The notes below the pieces were generated by a model. The model had not been told where the DNA came from. It worked only from the letters and a program-made list of their open reading frames with translations, and made no database searches. Below are positions 28,333 to 40,847 of a stretch of 64,000 nt of DNA, piece by piece. The DNA comes from Mytilus trossulus. Taxonomy: Eukaryota. Both the position numbers and the translations under genes were made by a program. The number at the start of each line of letters is the position of its first letter. The first letter of the stretch is position 1. The stretch is from the NCBI RefSeq assembly GCF_036588685.1, contig NW_026963302.1, forward strand, positions 2,108,001-2,172,000. The letters run 5' to 3'.

Positions 28333-29886
28333 TTATAATTCTTGAAAAATTGAGATCTTTCTAACTCCATGCACCAATAGCAGTTTTCTTTTCTTTCGGT
28401 GCACCGCCAGTGATCTAGGTGAAGCTATTTCGTTCAGTTCTAATCTCAGCATTTTATCCTTCCCGTCTTGTGAAATATGTGTGATACTATGCCTCCCGGG
28501 ACTAAGTTTCGCAACAAGAATACTGCTATCTTTTAGCAACGCTATTCCATGTATATAGCCAAAACCATCAATTTTCAAAGTAAATTTTCGTTTGCCACTA
28601 TGTGTGTACGAATGCACCAAACATTTCTTTGTTTCAGCATAACTTATAGTTTCTGCATTTATGTCAACTGGACCTTCGTCATTGTGTTTCATCGATATTA
28701 TGTTAATACTATTATCGCTCCCAACTAAATATAAACCAGTTTTCTCGCAAACTACTACTAAAAGACTGTCTTCAAATGCGTTTAGACCGGAAGCGTTACT
28801 AGGGAGAATAAGTTCATCAATTTGTTCCATAGTACTGATATCCCGAACATCTACTCGCCGATCATTCAACATTGATATAAAGAGTTTCGAATTTCCCAGT
28901 ACAGCTACATCAAACGGTTCGAATGGCAAGGAAACTTCTTGGAAAATTTGACCCTTGTCTTTTACATGTAAAAGCCTCTTGTGAGCCGTGTCAGCTAAAA
29001 TTATACTCTCATCTGGCATAAATGCAGCCCCTGACACTTCAGGGAGAAACTTGTCAAGAGAAGTATTCATATTAAACTCCTTACTGCGTTTTAAACGTGT
29101 TCTATGCCATCGGTTGTCTTCTTTGTTTTCAATTGATGTTTTTGGTTTCACAGTTTTAATACTGGGTAAGAACGGATTGATATTAAGCATTTCTAAGTTC
29201 ACGTAGGCGTTAGCTTCTATTGTTTCAACTGAACCTAAAGATTTTATGTTCAAAACATCTTTTATCGCTTCAGCGAGTTTGAATTCGACCGAATAGTTTC
29301 GGATGGTTTCATTTAGTTTCGTAAGATGTTCTACCTCGTGTTTTGCAATCGTCATGCCTTGCTTAGCAGCTAAAATAATTTGTAAATTAGACCCATATTC
29401 CTTAGCTTTCGCGGATTCGTCGTCATGTGAATCAAGAACAGCACTTCGATATTTATAATCAGTTATTTCTCCCGAAAGGTTGGTAGCGTATTTTTCACAT
29501 GTTTTATCCAGTTGACTTATAAGTTTGTTCTCTAGTTCTATCAAATGATAATTAAGATTTTCTCTTAATTTCCTAATTTCATCGCGAATTTGTACTTTTT
29601 GAGTTTTTACACTCTCTATATTACCTTCTCTTTCTCTTTGCAACTTTTTATATATTTTTCTTATGTTTCCAAACTTAATTTTCAACGTTTTGAAATCACT
29701 GTTCAGCTGAGCTATGCTGGCAATTTCACTGACTGATTCCACCCCATCACAATCAGAATGGTCATTTCCTTGACATTCGGCACACACGCCAACGTCATGC
29801 ACAGGACACCATGAGACAATCTCTTTAGATTCATGCTTTTCACAATGCTCTGAAATCTTAATGTCAGGTTTCCCACGCAAATCCAT
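28333..29886 (-). CDS. RING-less TRIM-like protein: B-box2, coiled coil, NHL-like beta-propeller (517 aa, single coding exon)
   Basis: CEKH..WCPVHDVGVCAECQGNDHSDC B-box; heptad-rich helix; blade-like motifs (PFDVAV, PRSLAV, IILADT); splice acceptor ttattttcag ~96 nt upstream of the ATG. Confidence 0.88.
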   Translation of the reverse strand: MDLRGKPDIKISEHCEKHESKEIVSWCPVHDVGVCAECQGNDHSDCDGVESVSEIASIAQLNSDFKTLKIKFGNIRKIYKKLQREREGNIESVKTQKVQIRDEIRKLRENLNYHLIELENKLISQLDKTCEKYATNLSGEITDYKYRSAVLDSHDDESAKAKEYGSNLQIILAAKQGMTIAKHEVEHLTKLNETIRNYSVEFKLAEAIKDVLNIKSLGSVETIEANAYVNLEMLNINPFLPSIKTVKPKTSIENKEDNRWHRTRLKRSKEFNMNTSLDKFLPEVSGAAFMPDESIILADTAHKRLLHVKDKGQIFQEVSLPFEPFDVAVLGNSKLFISMLNDRRVDVRDISTMEQIDELILPSNASGLNAFEDSLLVVVCEKTGLYLVGSDNSINIISMKHNDEGPVDINAETISYAETKKCLVHSYTHSGKRKFTLKIDGFGYIHGIALLKDSSILVAKLSPGRHSITHISQDGKDKMLRLELNEIASPRSLAVHRKKRKLLLVHGVRKISIFQEL

Positions 29887-30407
29887 TGTAAATAAGAATT
29901 TGAATAAACACTAAATATTCTAAGCTAAGAGTAAAAAAAGTAGGAATAACGATGCGGTCCTACACTTTGCGTACTTGCATATCTGAAAATAAAATAAACA
30001 AAATGACCAATAATGTAAACTGGTATAAATAGCTTCAATGAAATGGGTTCTTTCTTTGTTTTTTAATGTTGTTTCTTGTCTATCGCTCAATATTCAAAAC
30101 AATGCATTAAAATCTTACTGAATCATTGATGCTTGTTATCTAACAGAATTTTTAGATAGCAAACATTTCTAAAAATGAGTTAGTTTACAGAACTTATAAA
30201 TAATTGTCCGGAAAATTCCCCCTTTAGACTTTCTTGTCGAAACAAAAAGAGAACACACACAAAAAATATCACAATAGACTGTACTTGATTCAAAATGTTT
30301 ACAAAAGTCATGTAAATGAATTAGTATCATGTCTAGACATTTCAATACAGTAAAGTATAATTGTCTGATGCCTGAATAGAACCAAAAAATAAAATCATCG
30401 GATTTGA

Positions 30408-30814
30408 ATCATGACAGATAAGTAAGAATTGTCGGACTATCATGACAGATAAGTAAGAACTGTCGGACTATCATGATAGATTAGTAAGAACTGTCGGACT
30501 ATCATGACAGATGAGTAAGAACTGTCGGACTATCATGACAGATAAGTAAGAACTGTCGGACTATCATGATAGATAAGTAAGAACTGTCGGACTATCATGA
30601 CAGATAAGTAAGAACTGTGAGACTTTCATGCCAGATAAGTAAGAACTGTCGGATTATCATGACAGATAAGTAAGAACTGTCGGACTATCATGACAGATAA
30701 GTAAGAACTGTCGGACTATCATGACAGGTAAGAAAGAACTGTCGGACTATCATGACAGATAAGTAAGAACTGTCGGACTATCATGACAGATAAGTAAGAA
30801 TTGTCGGACTATCA
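30408..30814. repeat. 31-bp minisatellite, about 13 copies
   Basis: Unit atcatgacagataagtaagaactgtcggact in tandem, high identity. Confidence 0.95.
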
Positions 30815-33800
30815 TTAGCACAGACATTCAACCCTGTGTCTTACTCTCTTGGTATGGTTCGCGTCGATAGTCCAATATTGTTTAGTTGTGTCATAGTGCT
30901 GTTAGATCTTTGATATAATGGAATTGATACTGTATTCAATGTCTTTTTTTCTTTTTTTCCCTCAGTTTTGGTCATCCCCTTATTGTAAATTAGTCTTTGA
31001 CCTGGTCAAACAATGTAACTTACCTTCGCACTTTGTACCCTTTCCAGTCTTTGTTTTAAAACTACGTTTGTCTATATTTTGTGTTTTGATTTAAAGTGTC
31101 GATTTCTTTCAATCGTATTTATGTTAACAAAGAAATTACGACTAAATAACACAAAACATTAAACGGTATTTGAACATATTGATGTTCTATTGTTCTATTG
31201 ATTATTATCGATACAAGATTGTCACCTTTCAAGTTTGTTATTGAAATATGTATTTCATGTATGACGTACAAAAACATTTCTGTACATTTTCTTTTCTGCG
31301 TATTTTTTATATTGTTATATACTATTTTTCAACTTACAGTAAAAAAAAGGGAAAGTAAAATAAAGTAAAACCCCAGTTAAAAGGACATTAGTAAACTTCT
31401 GAATTGAAATCGATATGGAACCTAAAAGTTTAGCAAAATTCGTCTATGAACGAAAGTTGAATGCTTGTTAATTACTTCAGTAATACTGACTATTGAACTA
31501 AGGAATTATGACACAAATGTATGTCTATTTCATATTGATTGGTTAAACAAGTCCACAGAAGACGGCTACCATACAACTTTCTTCCTAATTCTTAATCTTC
31601 CCCTTGTTATTTTTAACTTGCAGGAGCATTTGAAAATATTGGTTGTAACAATAGTTCTAACTGGGAATGATTGCTTTATGTTCAGTGGCAAATATTTCAT
31701 ACTCATTCAGAACGAAAAGTCCAATAGAAAGCCGATAGTGCAAAGTCGGTTCAGATGGACATATATATAGGATAGGAATTTCGACTGTAACTGTAAAATG
31801 AGCTAGGGCATGTTGAATATGGACAGACATTTTGTATTGCAACATGTCGTATAAGGAACGTCGCACTTCCATGTGCAGACGTGATACCCTCTTTGAAATT
31901 TGCATCGGTATCTATAGGTTGGACGTGACTGTGTATTTATACATCCGAGAGATGATAATACTTAATGTATCCCTCTGATATGCTCAAAGAAAGATAACTC
32001 TATACATTATAGACTACAATTGTTCTTGAAACAATTGCAACATCATAATATAAAAAGATATATCAATGTGAACATACATGTATCAACCAAAATCCAAATG
32101 GAGTTAATGTAAGAAGCTACATGTCACAGCATGACCTTCAACAATGAGTAAAACCAAATACAGTTGCTAATTATAATTTAGGCATTTCACCCCATAAACA
32201 CATATTAGTAGCCATATTTAAAATGCATATTTATCACAAACATATATATGCACCTGTATAATTCCCCATACATAGTATTAAATTTACCTGTAAAATTTCA
32301 CTTTTGATCTTAGGTCAATAGGGGATTGATACACAAAGTAAATAAATAAACAATGGTGTTCACGTCTTTTAAAGTTGTTTGAACTCAATCTGGGTATCTT
32401 CATTTTCATTTATCTAGATTCGTCCATTACTGGCATTATATTTGTATCTTTATAAAGAATACATAATGATTGAATGAAATGATCATCATCGACCGATAAA
32501 AATAATCGTCAAGATACTACTAGTAGGCTTATAGTTTAGAATGACAGATGCATGTTTCAGAACTATTTGACGATATTCGTCGCACAGTTTATTCGCTTTA
32601 TTTACCTGAATTTCTCTGCGAACCCCAAGACCCCCTGCCCCTGGGATCCTACACTGGGATCAGATTCTGTTGATTTGAAAAGTCTATTAAGGATCATATA
32701 TTGCCTTACATAGTAGCTACGTTATCAGGAATCAGTATTACAAAACTTTACTTGTCAGCAAAACGTAGAATGCGGTTGTAATATTAAGAATTTAACCTTA
32801 CCTAGCTTTACAATTGGGTTTTTTCACCGCTTCTGGGGTACCTATATCCGGTGGTGATGCTACACTGTGGTTTCATATCAAGTACGAAGATTGAAGATAA
32901 TTGAAACCTTGTATTCCAACTGAAAACTTGTGCTAAATCTGCGGTAAAAAAAAATCCCGACAGGGGCGTAACTGTTTGGGTTTGCAGTGTGGTGAGCATA
33001 TATTTGTGTGTAACTCATTCTCCACAGCCTTATTGGATGGCTTTAGAAACAGCACATGCAATGTCCGTTAACTCCTTCATATACACAGTTTACAATCTAT
33101 GATCGTTCGAACGTGGTAACGGCGTAATTTTCCAAATGGAACTCCGTTGACAAGAGTAGTTGGTAATATGACTACATCATGCAGAAGGAAAATAGGTACA
33201 TTTAAAAATAATATTCTTCAATAATTTGGGTTAAATGAATCACAACAAGAAAAGACAGAACTAAAATATAAAAATATCGAGAACAGACACAAAACAAACT
33301 CTTAACACACAACCAAAAACAAAATGTCATAAACTTCAATATTTATCTTTAAAAGAAAGTTGTTCTAAATTATGTCTGATTCCTTTAGATACATCGTTTT
33401 TTACTCCTGGCAAGTTTACTTTCCGACAAATAGAAATAAGGAGATTGGTATGATTGACAATGAGAGAACTCTCCATCCAAGTCACAATGTGTGAAAAGTA
33501 AACACTTATACATGTATGTCAAAGTATGTTCTTCAATACGGCGCATTGGCTCACACCGAACAGAAAGCTATAACGGACCTCAATTGAGTAATTTTTAACC
33601 ATTCAACAGGAAAACAAACTGTCTAATTTATTATTATTTATAAAAAAAAAAAAGAAAAAAAGAAACACATATGAAACACATACAAAAAACCATAACAACT
33701 GATTGTAGTGATCTGTCCCTGTTCTGGTTGAAGACAGGGGCAAACCAATACAGCGGGTTTTAACGGTTAAACAGGCGCCAACCTCCCCCTAATCTGAAAC

Positions 33801-34957
33801 AGTAGTGTAACATTACGGCATAAGACGACACACTTTAAAATGTACCTTTTCTACCTTTCTGCGTCTTGATAACTCTGATTTATATAATTATGATAGGCTC
33901 ATAAGTATTCGTCACTTGAGATTTTTCGCTATATATTATATATAAAACTACATTGTTTAAAAAAATATATTTTAGGGTCATTTTTGGTTTGATTTAAAGC
34001 AACTTGGTACCATTAGAAGCAGAATTGTCACAGGTTTATTTTGTATTTGGTTATATTTTTGGTGGATCATTTTCATTTTTTTTTACAAAATAAACACAAA
34101 AATTATTTTCTGTTCAGAAATTCGCTATATATGTTCAACAAAATTAAATTACAAAAAGATATTGTATGTGTTCACATCAAGTGGAAACAAAAAAACCTGG
34201 AGACATAACTATTACCAAATAAACAAACATACTTTAGACAATTTTTCGTCTTTTAAGGCCTTGTTGATAAAAATCCAACCATAAATGCCCTCTAAATATT
34301 TTTTTTGAAAAAATGTGTTTTTATATAAATATACAATGTATAGCAAAAAATGACAGGTTTTGGCCAGGTACTATAGCTTCTTTACAAAAGAAACAGAAAA
34401 TAAAAATTTCCCCTAGGCTGGTATTCCTACGTTAGTCATGTTCGAAGTCCGAAAAATATAATATTTTTTTCTATTTTACATAGCCAGGAAAAGTTATAAC
34501 CTTAAATATTACTACATGTAACAGCTTAAGCATTGAGCATAGACTATTCATTTACATACGAGATGGCGAGAAAAAAGTTGCCATTGTTTAGCAATAGAAA
34601 CTGGATGATACAGGACACTTCACCCATATATAAGTCTTTTTACAATTTGTCAATTTCTAAAAGACGAATTCCTTTTTTTTTCGTAAACATTTTAATATCA
34701 ATGCAAAATTGAGAAAAAATAATCTTTTTATCCATAGTACATGTAGTATGATGGGACGAAACAGGATGATACAACGTTAGATTTTTTGGGGAAAAAATAA
34801 GAACACGAAAAATTGAGGTCAGTCCTTGAAAATATATTCGATATAAATATAGTAGTATGTTTATATCAAAATTTTGTTTATTTTTGTTTGTTTGCCAATC
34901 ATAATTTATCTAACTAGCATATTCGTCTATATTGAAAATATAAAACATTCTGCAATA

Positions 34958-37920
34958 TTATTAATTAACTGGAGCTTATTTGACTAAATACGAGTAAAAC
35001 TGCCAAATCGATAATTTTGTCCTATAAGGCCAATACGGATTTTTCCGTATTGGCCCGGGTTTAGCAAGCCCAATATTAGCATATTCGATTATCTCTAGAC
35101 TAATCGGTTGAAATCCCGATAACTCTAGAGAACTACGGCTAGTGTCGTCTGACAGGAGAAAATGACAACAAAACGATGGAGCAATAGCTCTATACAAAAT
35201 ATAGATGATGCGATGGATGCGTTAGTTGAAGACTATTTTCACTACGACGATTTATCTAATAGGGAGGCAGAGTACATCAAGAGAAATCTCGCGGATGTCA
35301 ATGGGGAAGGAAATTTGATTCTGGAAGAAGTTGATTCAGCGAATTTCAACTTCCCAAATGAAATTCTGCAGGACATTGAAAATGCACAGAATCATGAGAT
35401 TGACGAATCAGACAAAGAAAATAGCTCGAGTAGCAAGAGGTTTCGCTCTGTCACTGATGAAGACACTGACTCTTTTCTAGCTTTAAGTGTTAACAAGAAC
35501 ACAAAAACTAAAACAAAGAGTGACTTGAAAGTGATGCTGGATTTTTTCATATCTGTTGGAGAAATGCGTGATTCAGTGGAAATACCTGCCAAAGACTTAG
35601 ACAGTCTGTTATCAAGATTTTTTCTTGGAGTCCTGAAGAAAAATGGTGACGAATATGAGCCTGACTCTTTATCCTCTATGTTCAACAGCTTGGATAGACA
35701 TTTGAAGGACTCAAAAAGTAGTATAAGGTACGATTATTTTCATGTAGATTATTTGATATCTGTGAGACATGTAACTCCCTTGTCTTGATATAGCATGATA
35801 GCCTTTGCATTATTCTGTCAAGCATTATGACTCGAATATTCAGTGCCAATATTTTAATTTTAGCCTTGTGTCATTTTTTTGGGTAAAAACTATATATATC
35901 ATCTGGGTCAATGTGGTTTTGATGAACTTAAGCTTGTGTACAATGAATATTCCTTGGTTTCTCTTTGCTATAAGTATAAAACATGTACATACAAAAATTA
36001 CATGTCAGATATTATGCATATCTTTTCTTTAATGTTTCAGTATTAAAAAGGATCCTGAGTTCAACCACACAAGACGGGTATTAGAAGCGAAGCGAAAGGC
36101 ATTAAAGTCATTGGGCAAGGGCAGTAAGCCAAACAGAGCTGAACCTTTGACGACTGAGGAAATCCAAATCTTGAGGGAGAAAGGCGTTATTGGAACACGT
36201 AAGTTTTAAAAAAATGTTGTATTCCAGCGTGTCAGTCAGTAACTTTTAATTACACATTTTTCTAACCTTGTGGCAAACAAATTATTTTATTTCCTTGTCG
36301 CCCTCTATCCATCCCTGATTATTAAATGGTTGTTCTAATAAAAAATGTTTAAAATACACATAAGGTCTTGAACAATGAGAGTGTCTCCAGAGGTCTTTTG
36401 CATTTTGATACAGTATTTGTCCTTTAAATACTATTTTAAGTTGGATATTTACATTAAGATACATGTATTTTAGTTAAGTTCTTTTTTTTTCTTTTTCCAG
36501 AAAACCCTGATGCATTACTGAATGCTGTGTTTTTAAATAATGCAACATACTTTGGTCTACGAGGTCGACAAGACCATGTTAACATGACATGGGGAGATGT
36601 CAAGTTAAAAGCTACATCTGATGGAAAGGAGTATTTGGAATTTAATGGTGAGATTATGTTATGATTTCCATCATTTAAATAGTTGATATTTTAAATCTTT
36701 TAGAAATCACAGAATATATACTTCTGTGGATAATGGATGTACATGTACAACAGTCCTGACAAAAGTTGGTAATTTGTGCTTTTAAGGATATTAACCATTG
36801 TTTTATATTTATCAAAACAAATCTTATTTACTATGCAATACATGTTTTTTGTTATATAAAAGTGAAAGTTTTGTACAGACAGGAAGGATAATTCTTCTTT
36901 AAATATTGACATAAGCATACTTTTTTCAGAAAGAAGCACCAAAACCCGTAGTGGAGCAAAAAGCAGGGATTTCCGGGATATTACGCCAAAGATTTTCGGG
37001 GAAGGAGGAAGTAATTGCCCTATTCATGTTTACAAGGAATACAAACGGCATAGACCTCAAGACACATTAACTGATGAACATAGATTTTATTTGAGGCCTT
37101 TAGATAATAAACATGAGGAAATATGGTACACTCGCTAAACCATAGGCAAAGATAAATTAGGTAAAATGGTAAAAAATATGGCAGAAAAAGGAGATCTTCA
37201 AGGAAGAAAGGTTAATCATTCGGGACGTAAAACTTTTGCTACCACACTACTTCAAAATGGTAGACCTGCCAATGAAGTTGCTCAATTAGGAGGCTGGAAA
37301 GGCATTAGTACCTTAACTCATTATTCAGTACCGTCTATTGAACAACAGCAACAAGCTTCTCACACAATATCTAAGGTCATGTTGCCGAACTCAGATTTAC
37401 AGACGACATCAGATTCAGAGGAACCTTGTGAACTTTCAAACTCAAATACATTAGTTCATAATAATTTAAATGCAAATGTATCAAATACAAATAATCAAAC
37501 TGCTAACAAACATGACAACCCAATGGCCATGTTTGCAGGTGCAACTATAACAGGTGGTGTTTTCAATATTAACATATACTCAGGGGAAAGAAAGAATACT
37601 ATAAACTGCAGCCAAGAGCTTTAATCTGAAAACTAGATAAAAACATGTTTTTTACTTGTTGTGTTTATTTACTGTTGATTATTTAATAAAATTGTTACTA
37701 TCTTATTGTTTTGATTAAAATCCTCAATTTTCATTGATACATATTCAAATCACTACTATTGAAGTCCTGAATGTCAGATTTTCACACTATTTTCAATTTT
37801 CATATTGGCCCGGCTAGAGTTCATATTGGACTGGTTAATTAATAAAGGTATCATTGCGTAACAATTTTCATATTGGCTTAGTTATAGGTCCGAGGGTACC
37901 ATATTGGCCTGAGGCGAAGC
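34958..37920 (+). mobile_element. Crypton-type tyrosine-recombinase element, copy 1 (nonsense mutation; terminal hairpin inverted and truncated)
   Basis: 34958-37891 matches 37959-40892; begins TTATTAATTAAC; ends in half of the terminal hairpin. Confidence 0.88.
35162..37624 (+). pseudogene. Crypton tyrosine recombinase (DUF3504-like) with premature TAA in exon 4
   Basis: Exons 35162-35727, 36041-36198, 36501-36647, 36930-37624 with GT..AG introns; TAA at 37136-37138 where copy 2 has CAA; predicts a 359-aa product. Confidence 0.88.
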
Positions 37921-38162
37921 TTCCTCCTTCCCCGAAAATTATTGACATAAGCATACTTTTATTAATTAACTGGAGCTTATTTGACTAAATACGAGTAAAA
38001 CTGCCAAATCGATAATTTTGTCCTATAAGGCCAATACGGATTTTTCCGTATTGGCCCGGGTTTAGCAAGCCCAATATTAGCATATTCGATTATCTCTAGA
38101 CTAATCGGTTGAAATCCCGATAACTCTAGAGAACTACGGCTAGTGTCGTCTGACAGGAGAAA

Positions 38163-40625
38163 ATGACAACAAAACGATGGAGCAATAGCTCTATACAAAA
38201 TATAGATGATGCGATGGATGCGTTAGTTGAAGACTATTTTCACTACGACGATTTATCTAATAGGGAGGCAGAGTACATCAAGAGAAATCTCGCGGATGTC
38301 AATGGGGAAGGAAATTTGATTCTGGAAGAAGTTGATTCAGCGAATTTCAACTTCCCAAATGAAATTCTGCAGGACATTGAAAATGCACAGAATCATGAGA
38401 TTGACGAATCAGACAAAGAAAATAGCTCGAGTAGCAAGAGGTTTCGCTCTGTCACTGATGAAGACACTGACTCTTTTCTAGCTTTAAGTGTTAACAAGAA
38501 CACAAAAACTAAAACAAAGAGTGACTTGAAAGTGATGCTGGATTTTTTCATATCTGTTGGAGAAATGCGTGATTCAGTGGAAATACCTGCCAAAGACTTA
38601 GACAGTCTGTTATCAAGATTTTTTCTTGGAGTCCTGAAGAAAAATGGTGACGAATATGAGCCTGACTCTTTATCCTCTATGTTCAACAGCTTGGATAGAC
38701 ATTTGAAGGACTCAAAAAGTAGTATAAGGTACGATTATTTTCATGTAGATTATTTGATATCTGTGAGACATGTAACTCCCTTGTCTTGATATAGCATGAT
38801 AGCCTTTGCATTATTCTGTCAAGCATTATGACTCGAATATTCAGTGCCAATATTTTAATTTTAGCCTTGTGTCATTTTTTTGGGTAAAAACTATATATAT
38901 CATCTGGGTCAATGTGGTTTTGATGAACTTAAGCTTGTGTACAATGAATATTCCTTGGTTTCTCTTTGCTATAAGTATAAAACATGTACATACAAAAATT
39001 ACATGTCAGATATTATGCATATCTTTTCTTTAATGTTTCAGTATTAAAAAGGATCCTGAGTTCAACCACACAAGACGGGTATTAGAAGCGAAGCGAAAGG
39101 CATTAAAGTCATTGGGCAAGGGCAGTAAGCCAAACAGAGCTGAACCTTTGACGACTGAGGAAATCCAAATCTTGAGGGAGAAAGGCGTTATTGGAACACG
39201 TAAGTTTTAAAAAAATGTTGTATTCCAGCGTGTCAGTCAGTAACTTTTAATTACACATTTTTCTAACCTTGTGGCAAACAAATTATTTTATTTCCTTGTC
39301 GCCCTCTATCCATCCCTGATTATTAAATGGTTGTTCTAATAAAAAATGTTTAAAATACACATAAGGTCTTGAACAATGAGAGTGTCTCCAGAGGTCTTTT
39401 GCATTTTGATACAGTATTTGTCCTTTAAATACTATTTTAAGTTGGATATTTACATTAAGATACATGTATTTTAGTTAAGTTCTTTTTTTTTCTTTTTCCA
39501 GAAAACCCTGATGCATTACTGAATGCTGTGTTTTTAAATAATGCAACATACTTTGGTCTACGAGGTCGACAAGACCATGTTAACATGACATGGGGAGATG
39601 TCAAGTTAAAAGCTACATCTGATGGAAAGGAGTATTTGGAATTTAATGGTGAGATTATGTTATGATTTCCATCATTTAAATAGTTGATATTTTAAATCTT
39701 TTAGAAATCACAGAATATATACTTCTGTGGATAATGGATGTACATGTACAACAGTCCTGACAAAAGTTGGTAATTTGTGCTTTTAAGGATATTAACCATT
39801 GTTTTATATTTATCAAAACAAATCTTATTTACTATGCAATACATGTTTTTTGTTATATAAAAGTGAAAGTTTTGTACAGACAGGAAGGATAATTCTTCTT
39901 TAAATATTGACATAAGCATACTTTTTTCAGAAAGAAGCACCAAAACCCGTAGTGGAGCAAAAAGCAGGGATTTCCGGGATATTACGCCAAAGATTTTCGG
40001 GGAAGGAGGAAGTAATTGCCCTATTCATGTTTACAAGGAATACAAACGGCATAGACCTCAAGACACATTAACTGATGAACATAGATTTTATTTGAGGCCT
40101 TTAGATAATAAACATGAGGAAATATGGTACACTCGCCAAACCATAGGCAAAGATAAATTAGGTAAAATGGTAAAAAATATGGCAGAAAAAGGAGATCTTC
40201 AAGGAAGAAAGGTTAATCATTCGGGACGTAAAACTTTTGCTACCACACTACTTCAAAATGGTAGACCTGCCAATGAAGTTGCTCAATTAGGAGGCTGGAA
40301 AGGCATTAGTACCTTAACTCATTATTCAGTACCGTCTATTGAACAACAGCAACAAGCTTCTCACACAATATCTAAGGTCATGTTGCCGAACTCAGATTTA
40401 CAGACGACATCAGATTCAGAGGAACCTTGTGAACTTTCAAACTCAAATACATTAGTTCATAATAATTTAAATGCAAATGTATCAAATACAAATAATCAAA
40501 CTGCTAACAAACATGACAACCCAATGGCCATGTTTGCAGGTGCAACTATAACAGGTGGTGTTTTCAATATTAACATATACTCAGGGGAAAGAAAGAATAC
40601 TATAAACTGCAGCCAAGAGCTTTAA
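38163..40625 (+). CDS. Crypton tyrosine recombinase, 521 aa, four exons
   Basis: Exons 38163-38728, 39042-39199, 39502-39648, 39931-40625 join in frame (1566 nt). Motifs KKNGDEYEPDSL, LEAKRKALKSLGKGSKPNRA, FGLR262GRQDH, STK295TRSG, CPIHVYKEY, NH387SGR390KT, GGW413K, TLTHY422. Confidence 0.92.
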
Positions 40626-40847
40626 TCTGAAAACTAGATAAAAACATGTTTTTTACTTGTTGTGTTTATTTACTGTTGATTATTTAATAAAATTGTTACT
40701 ATCTTATTGTTTTGATTAAAATCCTCAATTTTCATTGATACATATTCAAATCACTACTATTGAAGTCCTGAATGTCAGATTTTCACACTATTTTCAATTT
40801 TCATATTGGCCCGGCTAGAGTTCATATTGGACTGGTTAATTAATAAA

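Noticed and set aside
30408-30814. 31-bp array as a CRISPR locus or coding repeat
   Set aside because: Plain tandem minisatellite with no spacers and no ORF.
34976-35685. Minus-strand ORFs of 73 and 97 aa repeated in both Crypton copies
   Set aside because: Shadow ORFs over the terminal repeats and exon 1; their conservation only reflects the recent duplication.
35162-35788. 208-aa ORF (and the 152/177-aa ORFs) as separate genes
   Set aside because: They are exons 1 and 4 of the spliced Crypton recombinase.
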